A program made the position numbers and the translations under genes. Positions 63,833 through 64,000 of a DNA stretch of 64,000 nt are shown piece after piece; the stretch's first letter is position 1, and each line of letters opens with the position of its first letter. Below the pieces are notes generated by a model. It saw only the letters and a list, made by a program, of their open reading frames with translations. It was not told where the DNA came from and did no database searches. Source of the stretch: Octopus sinensis (taxonomy: Eukaryota); the NCBI RefSeq assembly GCF_006345805.1, contig NC_043008.1, positions 22,010,001 to 22,074,000 on the forward strand, in the 5' to 3' direction.

Positions 63833-63936
63833 CCTTAATAGAAAACATCATCTTAGCTTTATAGTAATAATATTTTGAAATTTCCCGTAATATTTTACTA
63901 ATACTCTATATGTCAACTAAAATCCATGTGTATATA

Positions 63937-64000
63937 TTGGGTTGTCCGGAAAGTTCGTGCCGATTTTTAAAGGAAAGAAAAAGGTCAATAAATACTTGCC
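63937..64000 (+). mobile_element. mariner-family 5' TIR, element cut by the window edge
   Basis: TA|TTGGGTTGTCCGGAAAGTTCGTGCCGATTT resembles TT(A/G)GGTTG...GCGGATTT mariner TIRs (from memory). Confidence 0.6.

Overview
AT-rich eukaryotic DNA made almost entirely of microsatellites and transposable-element relics. It is most likely octopus (cephalopod), inferred from the repeat repertoire and not checked against a database. I found no intact protein-coding gene: nearly all ORFs in the supplied track are translations of (TA)n, (TG)n, (TACA)n, (TAT)n or (CAT)n arrays or of SINEs. Retroelements: four tRNA-headed SINE families (working names A, B, D, E) with interchangeable 3' tails, many 5'-truncated RTE-clade LINE 3' ends with (TGA)n tails, a decayed Dong/R4-type LINE restriction-like endonuclease domain, and Penelope-like terminal-repeat relics carrying minimal hammerhead ribozyme motifs. 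DNA elements: two 856-bp DD37D (maT) deletion derivatives, a mariner end at the window edge, hAT-, piggyBac- and Ginger-like MITEs, and Helitron/Helentron-type non-autonomous elements. Other structure: two minisatellites, a 241-bp spacerless AT-rich palindrome, and a few unconfirmed candidate micro-exons on both strands. The most notable signals are the hammerhead cores with covarying stem I, SINE-A dimers that always join at the same palindromic GAAATA-GG-TATTTC site, SINE head/tail shuffling, and the palindrome. Family assignments rest on remembered consensus motifs. Coordinates were counted by hand, and boundaries of decayed copies are approximate.
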